Assembly: GCA_003220795.1 (NCBI GenBank)
Contig: QHTK01000046.1
Coordinates: 6,156-70,155, forward strand
DNA: 64,000 nt
DNA from: Gemmatimonadota bacterium
GTDB lineage: Bacteria > Gemmatimonadota > Gemmatimonadetes > Gemmatimonadales > GWC2-71-9
Direction: 5' to 3'
Positions within the stretch are counted from its first letter, which is position 1, and the number at the start of each line of letters is the position of its first letter. Made by a program: the position numbers and the translations under genes. Below, in pieces: positions 45,990-54,762 of this stretch. The notes beneath the pieces were generated by a model. It saw only the letters and a list, made by a program, of their open reading frames with translations. It searched no databases and had not been told where the DNA came from.

Positions 45990-46712
45990 ATGCGCGTCTT
46001 CATAGTATTGCTCGCCTTGGTCACCGCGCCGCTCGTCGCGGCGGTGTCCCAAGATCACACGCGGTCGGCCCGTCGGGACAACGACGCCGTTCGGCATTCG
46101 AACGTGCGGGGCGGCGACGTGGATCGGGACGATGACGGCGAGAAATGCGATAAGGCACACCCTGCCGCGCGGGGCGGGTCGGCCCGGTCGTTCGAGGTTC
46201 GACAGGACGCGCTGCATCGGCAGGACGCCCAACATCGGCGCGACGGCAAGGGGGATGAGGGCTGCGTCGTCGGTGATCCGCCGCCCCCGCCCCCTCCGCC
46301 GCCGGCGCCGCCACCGCCGCCACCGCCGCCGCCGCCGCCTCCTCCTCCTCCTCCTCCTCCGGTTCCGCCTCCACCGGCACCGGGGCTCGGGGAGATCGAT
46401 GGGACGGCGTTCCTGGACGCGGCGTCCAACGGGTTCCGGACTGGCACTGAGCCCGGTTTGGCGGGCTGGGTCATCCAGCTCAGCGGGCCGGTGAGCAGGG
46501 ACACAACCACCGATGTCAACGGGAACTACGTCGTCGGGAACCTACCGGGCGGCACGTACCTGGTGTGCGAGGTACTGCAGACCAGCTGGCGACAGACGGT
46601 GCCGATGAGCGGCCCCGTCTGCCCAGCGGGCGGCTTCGGGTATACCGTCGACATCCCGGACGGAGTCGCCATCCGTTTCCTCGGCAACGACTTTGGGACG
46701 GTGACGCCTTAG
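45990..46712 (+). CDS. Secreted protein with long polyproline tract and C-terminal beta-sandwich (SdrD-B/CarboxypepD_reg-like) region
   Basis: Signal peptide; proline-dominated run of about 35 residues; GWVIQLSGP...TTTDVNGNYVVGNLPGGTYLVCE. Confidence 0.5.
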   Translation: MRVFIVLLALVTAPLVAAVSQDHTRSARRDNDAVRHSNVRGGDVDRDDDGEKCDKAHPAARGGSARSFEVRQDALHRQDAQHRRDGKGDEGCVVGDPPPPPPPPPAPPPPPPPPPPPPPPPPPPVPPPPAPGLGEIDGTAFLDAASNGFRTGTEPGLAGWVIQLSGPVSRDTTTDVNGNYVVGNLPGGTYLVCEVLQTSWRQTVPMSGPVCPAGGFGYTVDIPDGVAIRFLGNDFGTVTP

Positions 46713-46740
46713 CCTGACGGTGATACGGCCACACGACAGG

Positions 46741-46763
46741 GCCCCGGGCAGTCTCGCCGGGGC
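46741..46763 (+). terminator. Possible intrinsic terminator hairpin
   Basis: GCCCCGG-GCAGTCTCG-CCGGGGC stem-loop 29 nt after the stop at 46712, followed by CCTTCTGTTT. Confidence 0.45.
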
Positions 46764-46780
46764 CCTTCTGTTTGGTCCGG

Positions 46781-46814
46781 TTGCGCCGGCGAGGGTCGCC
46801 CCGCAGCTTAGGGC
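46781..46814 (+). repeat. attC right-arm relic
   Basis: TTGCGCCGGCGAGGGTCGCCCCGCAGCTTAGGGC versus consensus TTGCGCCGGCGAGCGAGTCGCCCGCAGCTTAAGCGC; just upstream of the RBS/start at 46829. Confidence 0.55.
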
Positions 46815-46828
46815 AACGAGGAGGCACG

Positions 46829-47416
46829 GTGCCCGGCCCGACGTCGCGCCTGGAAGCCTTCAGCGACGGCGTCTTCGCCATCGCCATCACGCTGCTCATT
46901 CTCGAGATCAAAGTCCCGCCCCCAGGAGCCGCCGGGGAGCTCGGTCCGGCCCTGGCGCGCCTGTGGCCCTCGTACCTGGCGTTGGTCACCAGCTTCGCCA
47001 ACGTCGGAGTGATGTGGATCAACCACCATCGGCTGTTCGGGTTGATCGAGCGCACTGACGAGGGTCTGTTGGGGTTGAATCTCCTGCTCCTGCTGGGCGT
47101 TACCTTGGTACCGTTTCCCACCGCGCTGCTGGCGGAACATCTCCGCGGGCCGGACCAGCGGGTCGCTGGAGTCGTGTACGCCGGGACATTCCTCGTGTTG
47201 GCGCTGATCTTCAACCTGTTGTGGCGCCACGCGCGGCGCGGTGGCCTCGTGGTGCGGCACGTCCACGTGGACTCGATCACCCGTCAATACGCCGTGGGTC
47301 CGCTGCTCTACGCCGCCACCCTGGGGATCGCCGTCGTGAGCGGCACTGCATGTCTGGTCGTGAACGGCGTCATCGCCATCTATTTCGCCCTGCCGCCCCG
47401 CCTGTGGCAGCGTTGA
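46829..47416 (+). CDS. TMEM175/DUF1211-family membrane protein (putative K+ channel family)
   Basis: GAGGAG RBS then GTG; RLEAFSDGVFAIAITLLILE signature. Confidence 0.7.
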   Translation: MPGPTSRLEAFSDGVFAIAITLLILEIKVPPPGAAGELGPALARLWPSYLALVTSFANVGVMWINHHRLFGLIERTDEGLLGLNLLLLLGVTLVPFPTALLAEHLRGPDQRVAGVVYAGTFLVLALIFNLLWRHARRGGLVVRHVHVDSITRQYAVGPLLYAATLGIAVVSGTACLVVNGVIAIYFALPPRLWQR

Positions 47417-47450
47417 CCTAACCCGGGAGATCAGCGTGATCGCTCTAGCG
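47415..47450 (+). repeat. attC left-half relic
   Basis: GACCTAAC (overlaps the stop of 46829-47416) ... GTGATCGCTCTAGCGG versus consensus GCCTAAC...GGTGATCGCTCTAAGGG. Confidence 0.5.
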
Positions 47451-48026
47451 GTAGTTCTTTTCACCATCGCCCAAGAACCGGAGACGCCGCTCCGCATCGC
47501 CGCGAGCAGCTTCGCGTCAGTCGAGGTGCACCTGAACGCCCGACGGATCGGCACCCGTTGGTTTGAGGAGGATGCCAGCCTCTCCGGGCCCTCCCGGATC
47601 GTGATCACCTACGGCCAGCCTCACGCGCGCGGCCGGCGTGTCGAGGGCGGGCTCGTTCCTCTCGACACCGTGTGGCGCTTCGGCGCCAACATGGCGACCA
47701 CGCTCCACAGCGACGTCGACCTCACGCTGGGGGACTTGAAGCTACCGCGCGGCGATTACTCCCTGTTCGTCCTGTACACGCGCGCCGGTTGGCAGCTGAT
47801 CGTCAACCGCGGCACGGGGCAGTGGGGCACCGATTACGATGCCGCGCGCGACGTGGGACGGGTGCCGCTCGCGAGCCGCGCGCTCGCGGAGCCGGAGGGC
47901 GCGCTCAGCATCTATCTCGTCCCCGAGGCGGCGCGCCCCAGCACGGGCTACGCCGACCTGCGGGGAGTGCTGCGGATCAAATGGGGAAGCAGCGAGCTCA
48001 GCACACCGTGGCGGATCGGACCGTGA
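47436..48026 (+). CDS. DUF2911-family protein
   Basis: IVITYGQPHARGRRV...VWRFGANMATTL...GDYSLFV; the first codons (MIAL) come from an attC relic, so the true start is uncertain. Confidence 0.6.
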   Translation: MIALAVVLFTIAQEPETPLRIAASSFASVEVHLNARRIGTRWFEEDASLSGPSRIVITYGQPHARGRRVEGGLVPLDTVWRFGANMATTLHSDVDLTLGDLKLPRGDYSLFVLYTRAGWQLIVNRGTGQWGTDYDAARDVGRVPLASRALAEPEGALSIYLVPEAARPSTGYADLRGVLRIKWGSSELSTPWRIGP

Positions 48027-48042
48027 CCGGGGCGCCGCCGGA

Positions 48043-48417
48043 TCACTGACCGCCGGGCCGTCGGGCGCGCATTTCGGCGATGTTCTTGTCCCACGTCTTT
48101 TGTTGATCGGCGGTCAGCACGCCACGAATCTCGTCGTCCTGCTGCCGGAACACCTCGCGCATTTTTACGCGGGTCGCCGAATCGGGCCGGGTGCCCGGCG
48201 TAAAGGCAGGCAGCTGGGCGGCGTAGCGCGCCCGGATGGAGTCGATCTTCGCCTGCTGCGCCGCCGTCAGGGTGATGTCCTTGAGCAGCGCCTGCATGCG
48301 CCGCTCCGCGAAGGCGGAGCGCCCCGGGCCGCCTCCCGCCGACGGGCTTTGCGCCGGCGCGGTCGACGCCGCGAGGGCCAGGATCGCGGCGGATCCCAAT
48401 GCGATGGACAGCTTCAT
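48043..48417 (-). CDS. Periplasmic LTXXQ-motif (Spy/CpxP-like) protein
   Basis: Signal peptide; LTAAQQAKI and LTADQQKTW motifs. Confidence 0.6.
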   Translation of the reverse strand: MKLSIALGSAAILALAASTAPAQSPSAGGGPGRSAFAERRMQALLKDITLTAAQQAKIDSIRARYAAQLPAFTPGTRPDSATRVKMREVFRQQDDEIRGVLTADQQKTWDKNIAEMRARRPGGQ

Positions 48418-48574
48418 GTCGCTTCCTCCTGTGGGGTGAAAAGGCTGGTAACTTCAAAGCCTACGGGCGACGTCCCAGGTTTGTTGTGTCGCGGATGGTG
48501 TGGTGTTCGCGCACTTGCCCCGGGTCACGGCGGACACGAGATTTCCTGACGTACTTTGACCCGGAGCCGCGGCG

Positions 48575-48748
48575 ATGTCGAAGGGTGATGACAAGAAAAT
48601 TGCCGCCTTGGCGAAGAAGAACGCCGCCAAGGCGGCCAAGGCCAAGCCGAGCCGGCGACGGCAATACGACGATACGCTGCCGCCGGAGCGAGAGGACGAT
48701 GTGGATCTGCGCGACTTCTTTTCGGAGATGAAGAAGCGCGAGTTCTAG
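48575..48748 (+). CDS. Possible small Lys/Ala-rich protein (57 aa, below the track cutoff)
   Basis: My translation: MSKGDDKKIAALAKKNAAKAAKAKPSRRRQYDDTLPPEREDDVDLRDFFSEMKKREF. Confidence 0.3.
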   Translation: MSKGDDKKIAALAKKNAAKAAKAKPSRRRQYDDTLPPEREDDVDLRDFFSEMKKREF

Positions 48749-48773
48749 TCCTCGCCCCTTAAGTGCTTGTCCG

Positions 48774-49082
48774 ATGCCCACCTACGAATACAAATGCCCG
48801 GCGGGGCACTTGTTCGAGAAATTCTTTCCGACGATGCACGACAAACGTCGGGAGAAGTGCCCCGTGTGCGGCCGGCAAGCGGAGCGGCAGATCTCCGGGG
48901 GGGCGGGCCTTGTCTTCAAAGGCTCCGGCTTCTACATCACCGATTACAAGCGGGCCGGTGAGAAGAAGCCGGAGGGGAACGAGGAGCCCAAGCCCTTGCC
49001 TGAGTCGAAGCCCACGGTCGAGTCGAAAACGCCCGAAGGCACCAAGAGCAAGAAGAAGAAAACAGACTCCGGCGACAAGTGA
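48774..49082 (+). CDS. FmdB-family zinc-ribbon protein
   Basis: MPTYEYKCPAGHLFE ... CPVCG. Confidence 0.75.
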   Translation: MPTYEYKCPAGHLFEKFFPTMHDKRREKCPVCGRQAERQISGGAGLVFKGSGFYITDYKRAGEKKPEGNEEPKPLPESKPTVESKTPEGTKSKKKKTDSGDK

Positions 49083-50728
49083 GGGTGCACGAGGCGATCC
49101 GCGCGGCGCTGGCGGATGCCGCGGCGCGGCTGGGAGCGCCCGTCGTGGCGTCGGACATTGAGCTCGAGCGTCCCCGCGATCCGGCGCACGGCGACGTCGC
49201 GACGAACCTCGCGCTGGTGCTCGCCCAGAGCCTGAAGGGCAAGCCTCGGGCGGTGGCCGAGCGCCTGGTCGCGGCGCTCGAGCTTCCCCAGAGCGTCGTT
49301 CGCAAGATCGACGTCGCGGGACCGGGGTTCATCAACTTCTTCCTCGCCGAAGCCGAGCTCGCCGGCGTGCTCGAGACGGTGCTGGCGGCCGGCGACCGCT
49401 ACGGACGGAGCGACGCCGGGCAGGGCAGGCCCGTGAACGTCGAGTTCGTCTCTGCCAATCCCACCGGTCCGCTGCACGTAGGCCACGGCCGGCAGGCCGC
49501 GCTGGGCGATGCGATCGCGTCGCTGCTCGACTGGACGGGGTGGCGCGTCACGCGCGAATTCTATTACAACGATGGCGGCGCCCAGATCATGCAGCTGGCG
49601 CGGAGTGTGCAGGCGCGGATCGGAGAGCTGCATGGCCGCCCCACCACCCTTCCAGAGGGTGGCTATCACGGTGAGTACATCCGCGACATCGCCGAGCGCT
49701 ACCTCGCCGCCCATCCCGGCGACCCAGAGGGTGCCGACCTCGATCACGTGCGGCGGTTTGCGGTGCAGGAGCTTCGCAAGGAGCAGGACGCGGACCTGCA
49801 GGCCTTGGGCGTCACGTTCGATGTCCACTTTCTCGAGTCGTCCCTGTACACGACCAGCAAGGTCGAGAAGACGCTGGGTCGGCTGGTGGGGGCGGGGCAT
49901 ACCTACGAGAAGGACGGCGCTCTCTGGCTCAAGACGACCGACTTCGGGGACGATAAGGACCGCGTGATGCGCAAGCGGGCGGAAAAAGGCGGCGAGTACA
50001 CCTATTTCCTCCCGGACGTCGCCTATCACGTCGACAAATGGGAGCGGGGGTTCGCACGGGCGATCAACGTCCAGGGCGCGGACCATCATAGCACGGTCAC
50101 TCGCGTCCGCATCGGGCTGCAGGCGCTCGAGCTCGGCATCCCGGCGGGCTACCCCGAGTACGTGCTGCACCAGATGGTGACGGTGACGAAGGGCGGCGCG
50201 GAGATGAAGATCTCCAAGCGCGCCGGCAGTTACATGACCGTGCGCGAGCTGGTCGACGAGGTGGGGCGCGACGCGGTGCGCTACTTCTTCCTGATGCGCC
50301 GGGGAGACTCGCACCTCGTGTTCGATGTGGACCTCGCCAAGAGCCAGACCGAGGAGAACCCCGTCTTCTACGTCGAGATGGCGCACGCCCGTCTGAGCGG
50401 CATCTTCCGCGTCGCCGGGCGGGCGCCCGAGACCGCCTCGCCGGACGGTGTGAATCTCGCGGCGCTGGACCAGCCGGAAGAGCTGCTCTTGCTGAAGCAG
50501 CTCGCCGACTTTCCGAGCCTCGTGGCGGGCGCCGCCGCCGCGCTCGAGCCGCACCGCGTCACAGGCTACCTCGAGGGGCTGGCCCGGATCGTCCACGCGT
50601 GGTATCACAAGTACCGCGTGCTCGGCGAGCCGGAGGAGGCGGCGCGGCTCGTGCTGGCTCGCGCCGTACGTCAGGTGCTGGCGAACGGCCTCTCGCTCAT
50701 GGGCGTCAGCGCCCCGGACAGGATGTAG
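49079..50728 (+). CDS. argS: Arginine--tRNA ligase
   Basis: SANPTGPLHVGHGR (HIGH), MKISKRAG (KMSKS-like), C-terminal M. Confidence 0.92.
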   Translation: MRVHEAIRAALADAAARLGAPVVASDIELERPRDPAHGDVATNLALVLAQSLKGKPRAVAERLVAALELPQSVVRKIDVAGPGFINFFLAEAELAGVLETVLAAGDRYGRSDAGQGRPVNVEFVSANPTGPLHVGHGRQAALGDAIASLLDWTGWRVTREFYYNDGGAQIMQLARSVQARIGELHGRPTTLPEGGYHGEYIRDIAERYLAAHPGDPEGADLDHVRRFAVQELRKEQDADLQALGVTFDVHFLESSLYTTSKVEKTLGRLVGAGHTYEKDGALWLKTTDFGDDKDRVMRKRAEKGGEYTYFLPDVAYHVDKWERGFARAINVQGADHHSTVTRVRIGLQALELGIPAGYPEYVLHQMVTVTKGGAEMKISKRAGSYMTVRELVDEVGRDAVRYFFLMRRGDSHLVFDVDLAKSQTEENPVFYVEMAHARLSGIFRVAGRAPETASPDGVNLAALDQPEELLLLKQLADFPSLVAGAAAALEPHRVTGYLEGLARIVHAWYHKYRVLGEPEEAARLVLARAVRQVLANGLSLMGVSAPDRM

Positions 50729-50729
50729 C

Positions 50730-51653
50730 GTGTCGCTCTTGGTGGTGGGATCGGTCGCCCTCGACTCGGTCGCGACGCCGTTCGGCGAGACGGCGGACGC
50801 GCTCGGCGGCTCGGCCGTGTTCTTCAGCGTCGCGGGGTCCATCCTCCACCCCGTGCAAGTCGTGGGCGTCGTGGGCAGCGACTTCCCCCTCGCCGCCCTG
50901 TATGCGCTCGAGCAGCGCGGCATCGACCTCTCGGGTGTCGAGCAGGCGAAAGGGGAATCGTTCCGCTGGAAGGCGCGCTACTCCTACGACCTCGCCAGCC
51001 GCGAGACGCTGGAGACGCGCCTCGGCGTGTTCGCGGACTTCCGACCCAAGCTCCCGGCCACGTTTCGCGACGCGGAGTACGTGTTCCTCGGCAACATCGA
51101 CCCCGAGCTCCAGCTCGGTGTGCTCGACCAGGTGAAGGCGCCGAAGCTCGTCGCGTGCGACACGATGAACTACTGGATTCAGTCGAAGCGCGATCTCTTG
51201 CTCGAGCTGCTGCGCCACATCGACATCCTCATGGTGAACGACTCGGAGGCGCGGGAGCTGTCCGGCGACTGGAATATCTACCGGGCCGCGCAGTGGATCC
51301 TGCAGCGCGGGCCGAAAATGACGGTCTTGAAGCAGGGCGAGCACGGCGCGCTGCTGGTGGACGCCACCACGACCTTCAAGGTCCCGGCCTACCCGCTCCA
51401 GGAGGTATTCGATCCCACCGGGGCGGGCGATGCGTTCGCCGGCGGCTTCATGGCCCACCTGGCGCGGAACGGCGACCTCTCCGCGCCGAATCTGCGCCGC
51501 GCGATGGTGTACGGTGCCGCCATGGGATCGTTCGCGGTCGAGGCGTTCGGGATCCAGGGGTTCGACAAGGTCACGCCGGCCGCGGTGCGCGCCCGCGTGC
51601 ACGCGTTCAAGCAGCTCGTCCACTTCGAGGTGGACGCGCCCGCCGGCCCGTGA
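50730..51653 (+). CDS. PfkB-family carbohydrate kinase
   Basis: DPTGAGDAFAGGF motif. Confidence 0.8.
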   Translation: MSLLVVGSVALDSVATPFGETADALGGSAVFFSVAGSILHPVQVVGVVGSDFPLAALYALEQRGIDLSGVEQAKGESFRWKARYSYDLASRETLETRLGVFADFRPKLPATFRDAEYVFLGNIDPELQLGVLDQVKAPKLVACDTMNYWIQSKRDLLLELLRHIDILMVNDSEARELSGDWNIYRAAQWILQRGPKMTVLKQGEHGALLVDATTTFKVPAYPLQEVFDPTGAGDAFAGGFMAHLARNGDLSAPNLRRAMVYGAAMGSFAVEAFGIQGFDKVTPAAVRARVHAFKQLVHFEVDAPAGP

Positions 51654-52675
51654 CCGACCGCTACGCGGCGGCGGGCGTCCGGCTCGACGCCGCCGGGGAG
51701 GCGAAGCGCCGCATCGCCGAGCTGGTGCGCAGCACGCGGACGTCGCTCGCGCTCGGCGAGATCGGCGCGTTCGGCGGCATGGTGCGCGTCCCACCGGGGT
51801 ACGAGCGCCCCGTGCTCGTCCTGTCGACCGACGGCGTCGGGACCAAGCTGCTCGTCGCCGCCCGGGCCGGGATCCACGACACCGTAGGTGAGGATCTCGT
51901 GAATCACTGCGTGAACGACGTCCTGGTGCACGGGGCGCGGCCGCTCGCGCTGCTCGACTACATCGCGACGGGAAAGCTCGAGCCCGACGTCGCCGCGGCG
52001 CTCGTCGCCGGGGTGGCGCGCGGCTGCCGCGCGCACGACATGACGCTGGCGGGGGGCGAGACGGCGGAGCTTCCCGACCTGTACCAGCCGGGGCAGTACG
52101 ATGTGGCGGGCACGATCGTGGGAGTCGTAGAGGAGGGCGCGGCGCTGCACGGCGACCGCGTGCGCCCCGGCGACGTGTTGATCGGCTACGCGTCGAACGG
52201 ACTGCACACCAACGGCTACACGCTCGCCCGCCAGATCGTGTTCGAGACGCTCGGACTGGATGTGGGCCATGAATTTCCGGAGACCGGTCAGTCGGTGGCA
52301 CAGGTGTTGCTCGCGGTGCACCGGAGCTATGCGACGGCCGTGACCCCGATCATCTCCCGCCTGCATGCCCTGGCACACATTACCGGTGGCGGCATCGCCG
52401 GCAACGTGGTGCGCGTCCTGCCACAGGACTGCGAGGCCGTCATCGACGCCCGCGCGTGGCGCTGGCCGGCCGTCTTCCGGGTACTAATGCGGGCCGGCCG
52501 GGTGTCACTCGGCGAGATGCGCCGCGTGTTCAACCTCGGAGTCGGTATGATCGCGATCGCCGGGCGCGACGACCTGGAAGCCATCACGGCGGCGGCCCGG
52601 CGCGTCCAGGTGGAGACATGGTTGGTCGGCGAGGTGCGCGCCGGGACGAAGGGTGTGCGCTTCGCCGAGCGCTGA
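51650..52675 (+). CDS. purM: Phosphoribosylformylglycinamidine cyclo-ligase (AIR synthetase)
   Basis: YAAAGVRLDAAGEAK ... LVLSTDGVGTKL ... GEDLVNHCVNDVLV. Confidence 0.9.
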   Translation: MTDRYAAAGVRLDAAGEAKRRIAELVRSTRTSLALGEIGAFGGMVRVPPGYERPVLVLSTDGVGTKLLVAARAGIHDTVGEDLVNHCVNDVLVHGARPLALLDYIATGKLEPDVAAALVAGVARGCRAHDMTLAGGETAELPDLYQPGQYDVAGTIVGVVEEGAALHGDRVRPGDVLIGYASNGLHTNGYTLARQIVFETLGLDVGHEFPETGQSVAQVLLAVHRSYATAVTPIISRLHALAHITGGGIAGNVVRVLPQDCEAVIDARAWRWPAVFRVLMRAGRVSLGEMRRVFNLGVGMIAIAGRDDLEAITAAARRVQVETWLVGEVRAGTKGVRFAER

Positions 52676-52691
52676 ACACAAAGGAGGACCC

Positions 52692-53666
52692 ATGTATCAT
52701 ATCAAGATGAGCACGACCGCGACGATTGTCCTCGCGGCGCTCGCGGCGCCGCTCGCGGCCCAAGAGCCGCAATGCGCCATGCCCGACCCGAACGCCACCG
52801 CCGCCTGCAACACCGCGGTCGACGCGATGCGGGCGTTCCATCCGCTCGCCGGCATGATCGTGAGCGGCGGCAACCCCGTGCTCGGCACCTCCGGGTCACT
52901 GGGCGGGATCGGACATCTCACGATCACCGCGCGGGTGAACGCCATCAAGGCGTCGCTCCCCAACCCGGACTCGGCGAGTCAGAGCCGGGTGCCGTCGAGC
53001 TTCCACGGCGCCATCCCGGCGCCGCTGGTGGAAGCGGCCCTCGGGTTGGTGCGCGGGCGCGGCGGGTTCCTCTCGGTGGACGCGCTCGGCTCGGCGGTCG
53101 TGCTGCCCACGAGCCGCGTGTCGGGTCTGTCCGTGGACTCGAACGCGGCGCACATCGGCGGCGCCGCCCTCGGCATCGGCTACGGCGCTCGCGTCGGGAT
53201 TCTGGGCGGCACCTTCCCGATCCCGGCGCTGTCTGTGAGCTGGATGCATCGTACGCTGCCGCGTATTCAATACGGCAACCTCGGCCCGGCCTTCGGCACC
53301 GGGGACCAGTTCGAGTTCAGCATGGACTTGAAGGCCGACAACTATCGCGCGGTCGCGAGCTGGAAGTTCGTGCTCGTGGATCTCGCCGCCGGTCTCGGCG
53401 TCGATCACTACTCTTCCAGCGCGACGAGCATCAGCTTCCACGACAACCCGCTGAGCCCGGGCAATGTGCGGACGGTCGTCATCAACCCGAGCAGCACGCG
53501 CGAGGTGGCGTTCGTGAACGGTGGGCTGAGCCTCGCCGCGCTCAAGCTCGTAGCCGAGCTCGGGTTCCAGACGGGGAAGGACCAGCACTTCACAACGAAC
53601 TTCTCCAACTTCGACCCCAAGGCGGGCCATGTCTTCGGAGGCGTCGGGCTCCGCTTCGGCTTCTAA
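52692..53666 (+). CDS. Putative outer-membrane beta-barrel protein
   Basis: AAGGAGG RBS; signal peptide; alternating-hydrophobic strands; C-terminal GLRFGF. Confidence 0.5.
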   Translation: MYHIKMSTTATIVLAALAAPLAAQEPQCAMPDPNATAACNTAVDAMRAFHPLAGMIVSGGNPVLGTSGSLGGIGHLTITARVNAIKASLPNPDSASQSRVPSSFHGAIPAPLVEAALGLVRGRGGFLSVDALGSAVVLPTSRVSGLSVDSNAAHIGGAALGIGYGARVGILGGTFPIPALSVSWMHRTLPRIQYGNLGPAFGTGDQFEFSMDLKADNYRAVASWKFVLVDLAAGLGVDHYSSSATSISFHDNPLSPGNVRTVVINPSSTREVAFVNGGLSLAALKLVAELGFQTGKDQHFTTNFSNFDPKAGHVFGGVGLRFGF

Positions 53667-53688
53667 CGGACCTCCCGAACGGGAGGCG

Positions 53689-54762
53689 ATGGGACGCGCC
53701 CTCGACCTCGCGCTGCGGGGTTGGGGGCGCGTCGCTCCGAATCCCCTCGTCGGCGCCGTCGTCCTGCAGGGTGGGACCGTGGCCGGCGAGGGGTTTCACG
53801 CGGAATTCGGAGGGCCGCACGCGGAGGTCGTGGCGCTCGCGGCCGCGGGCGAGCGGGCGCGCGGCTCGACCGTCGTGGTAACGCTCGAGCCGTGCGCCCA
53901 CCACGGCAAGACGCCGCCCTGCACCGAGGCGATCGTCGCCGCCGGGGTGACGCGCGTGGTCGCCGCCATTCGTGATCCCGACCCCGAGGCGCGGGGTGGA
54001 GCCGAGGTGCTGCGCGCCACGGGCGTGGCCGTGACGTTCGGCGTGCTCGCCGAGCGGGCCGCGGCGCTCAACGCCCCGTTCCTGTTCGCGCGCGCGCAAG
54101 CCGAGCGCCCCTTCGTGGCGCTCAAGCTCGCGACGTCGATCGACGCCCGTATCGCGGACGCCCACGGGAGCTCGCGCTGGGTGTCGGGCGAGGCCGCGCG
54201 CGAGTACGTGCATTGGCTGCGCGCCGGATTCGACGCGATCGCCGTCGGCGGGACGACCGCCCTACGGGACGATCCGCAGCTCACCGTGCGCGGCCCTGTC
54301 ACCCCGCGCCGGCCGCCCGTCCGCGTGGTGTTCGACCGACGGGCCATGCTGAACGAGACCGCCAACCTCGTCAATACGGCGCGCGAGAAGCCGACCTGGG
54401 TCATGGCGTCGCCGGACGCCCCGGCGGGAAGCGTCGCGCTGCTGGAGCGGAGCGGTGTGCGGGTGTTTCGCCCGGCGTCGCTCGCGGACGGCCTGCGGAT
54501 GCTGCGCAGCGCCGGGATCCACTCGGTGCTGTGTGAAGGCGGCGGGGCGCTGGGCGCGAAGCTCCTGGCCGAAGGGCTGGTCGACCGACTGTACTGGGTC
54601 CAGGCCCCGGTGTGGCTGGGAGAGGGCGCCGTGCCGGCCTTTCCGGGCGTGGCCGGGGCGGCGCTCCCCGCGGCGCCGCGCTGGATTCCCGTGGAGCGGC
54701 GCGCCATGGGTCCGGATACATTATTGGTATTGGACAGGCGGCTATGTTTACCGGAATCGTAA
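53689..54762 (+). CDS. ribD: Bifunctional riboflavin-biosynthesis deaminase/reductase
   Basis: HAEVVAL ... TLEPCAHHGKTPPC deaminase motif plus a reductase domain. Confidence 0.9.
   Translation: MGRALDLALRGWGRVAPNPLVGAVVLQGGTVAGEGFHAEFGGPHAEVVALAAAGERARGSTVVVTLEPCAHHGKTPPCTEAIVAAGVTRVVAAIRDPDPEARGGAEVLRATGVAVTFGVLAERAAALNAPFLFARAQAERPFVALKLATSIDARIADAHGSSRWVSGEAAREYVHWLRAGFDAIAVGGTTALRDDPQLTVRGPVTPRRPPVRVVFDRRAMLNETANLVNTAREKPTWVMASPDAPAGSVALLERSGVRVFRPASLADGLRMLRSAGIHSVLCEGGGALGAKLLAEGLVDRLYWVQAPVWLGEGAVPAFPGVAGAALPAAPRWIPVERRAMGPDTLLVLDRRLCLPES

Larger units (their letters stand above)
23087..47450 (+). other. Probable fossilised distal part of the cassette array (attC half-sites and relics only)
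   Basis: Same-strand small accessory genes of the same fold families as the intact cassettes; attC relics at 24655, 27841, 33015, 45843, 46781, 47415. Confidence 0.45.

Noticed and set aside
52676-53700. FMN (RFN) riboswitch upstream of the rib genes
   Set aside because: Intergenic gaps are 16-22 nt, and no RFN-like conserved helices were noticed. Only a covariance-model scan could confirm absence.
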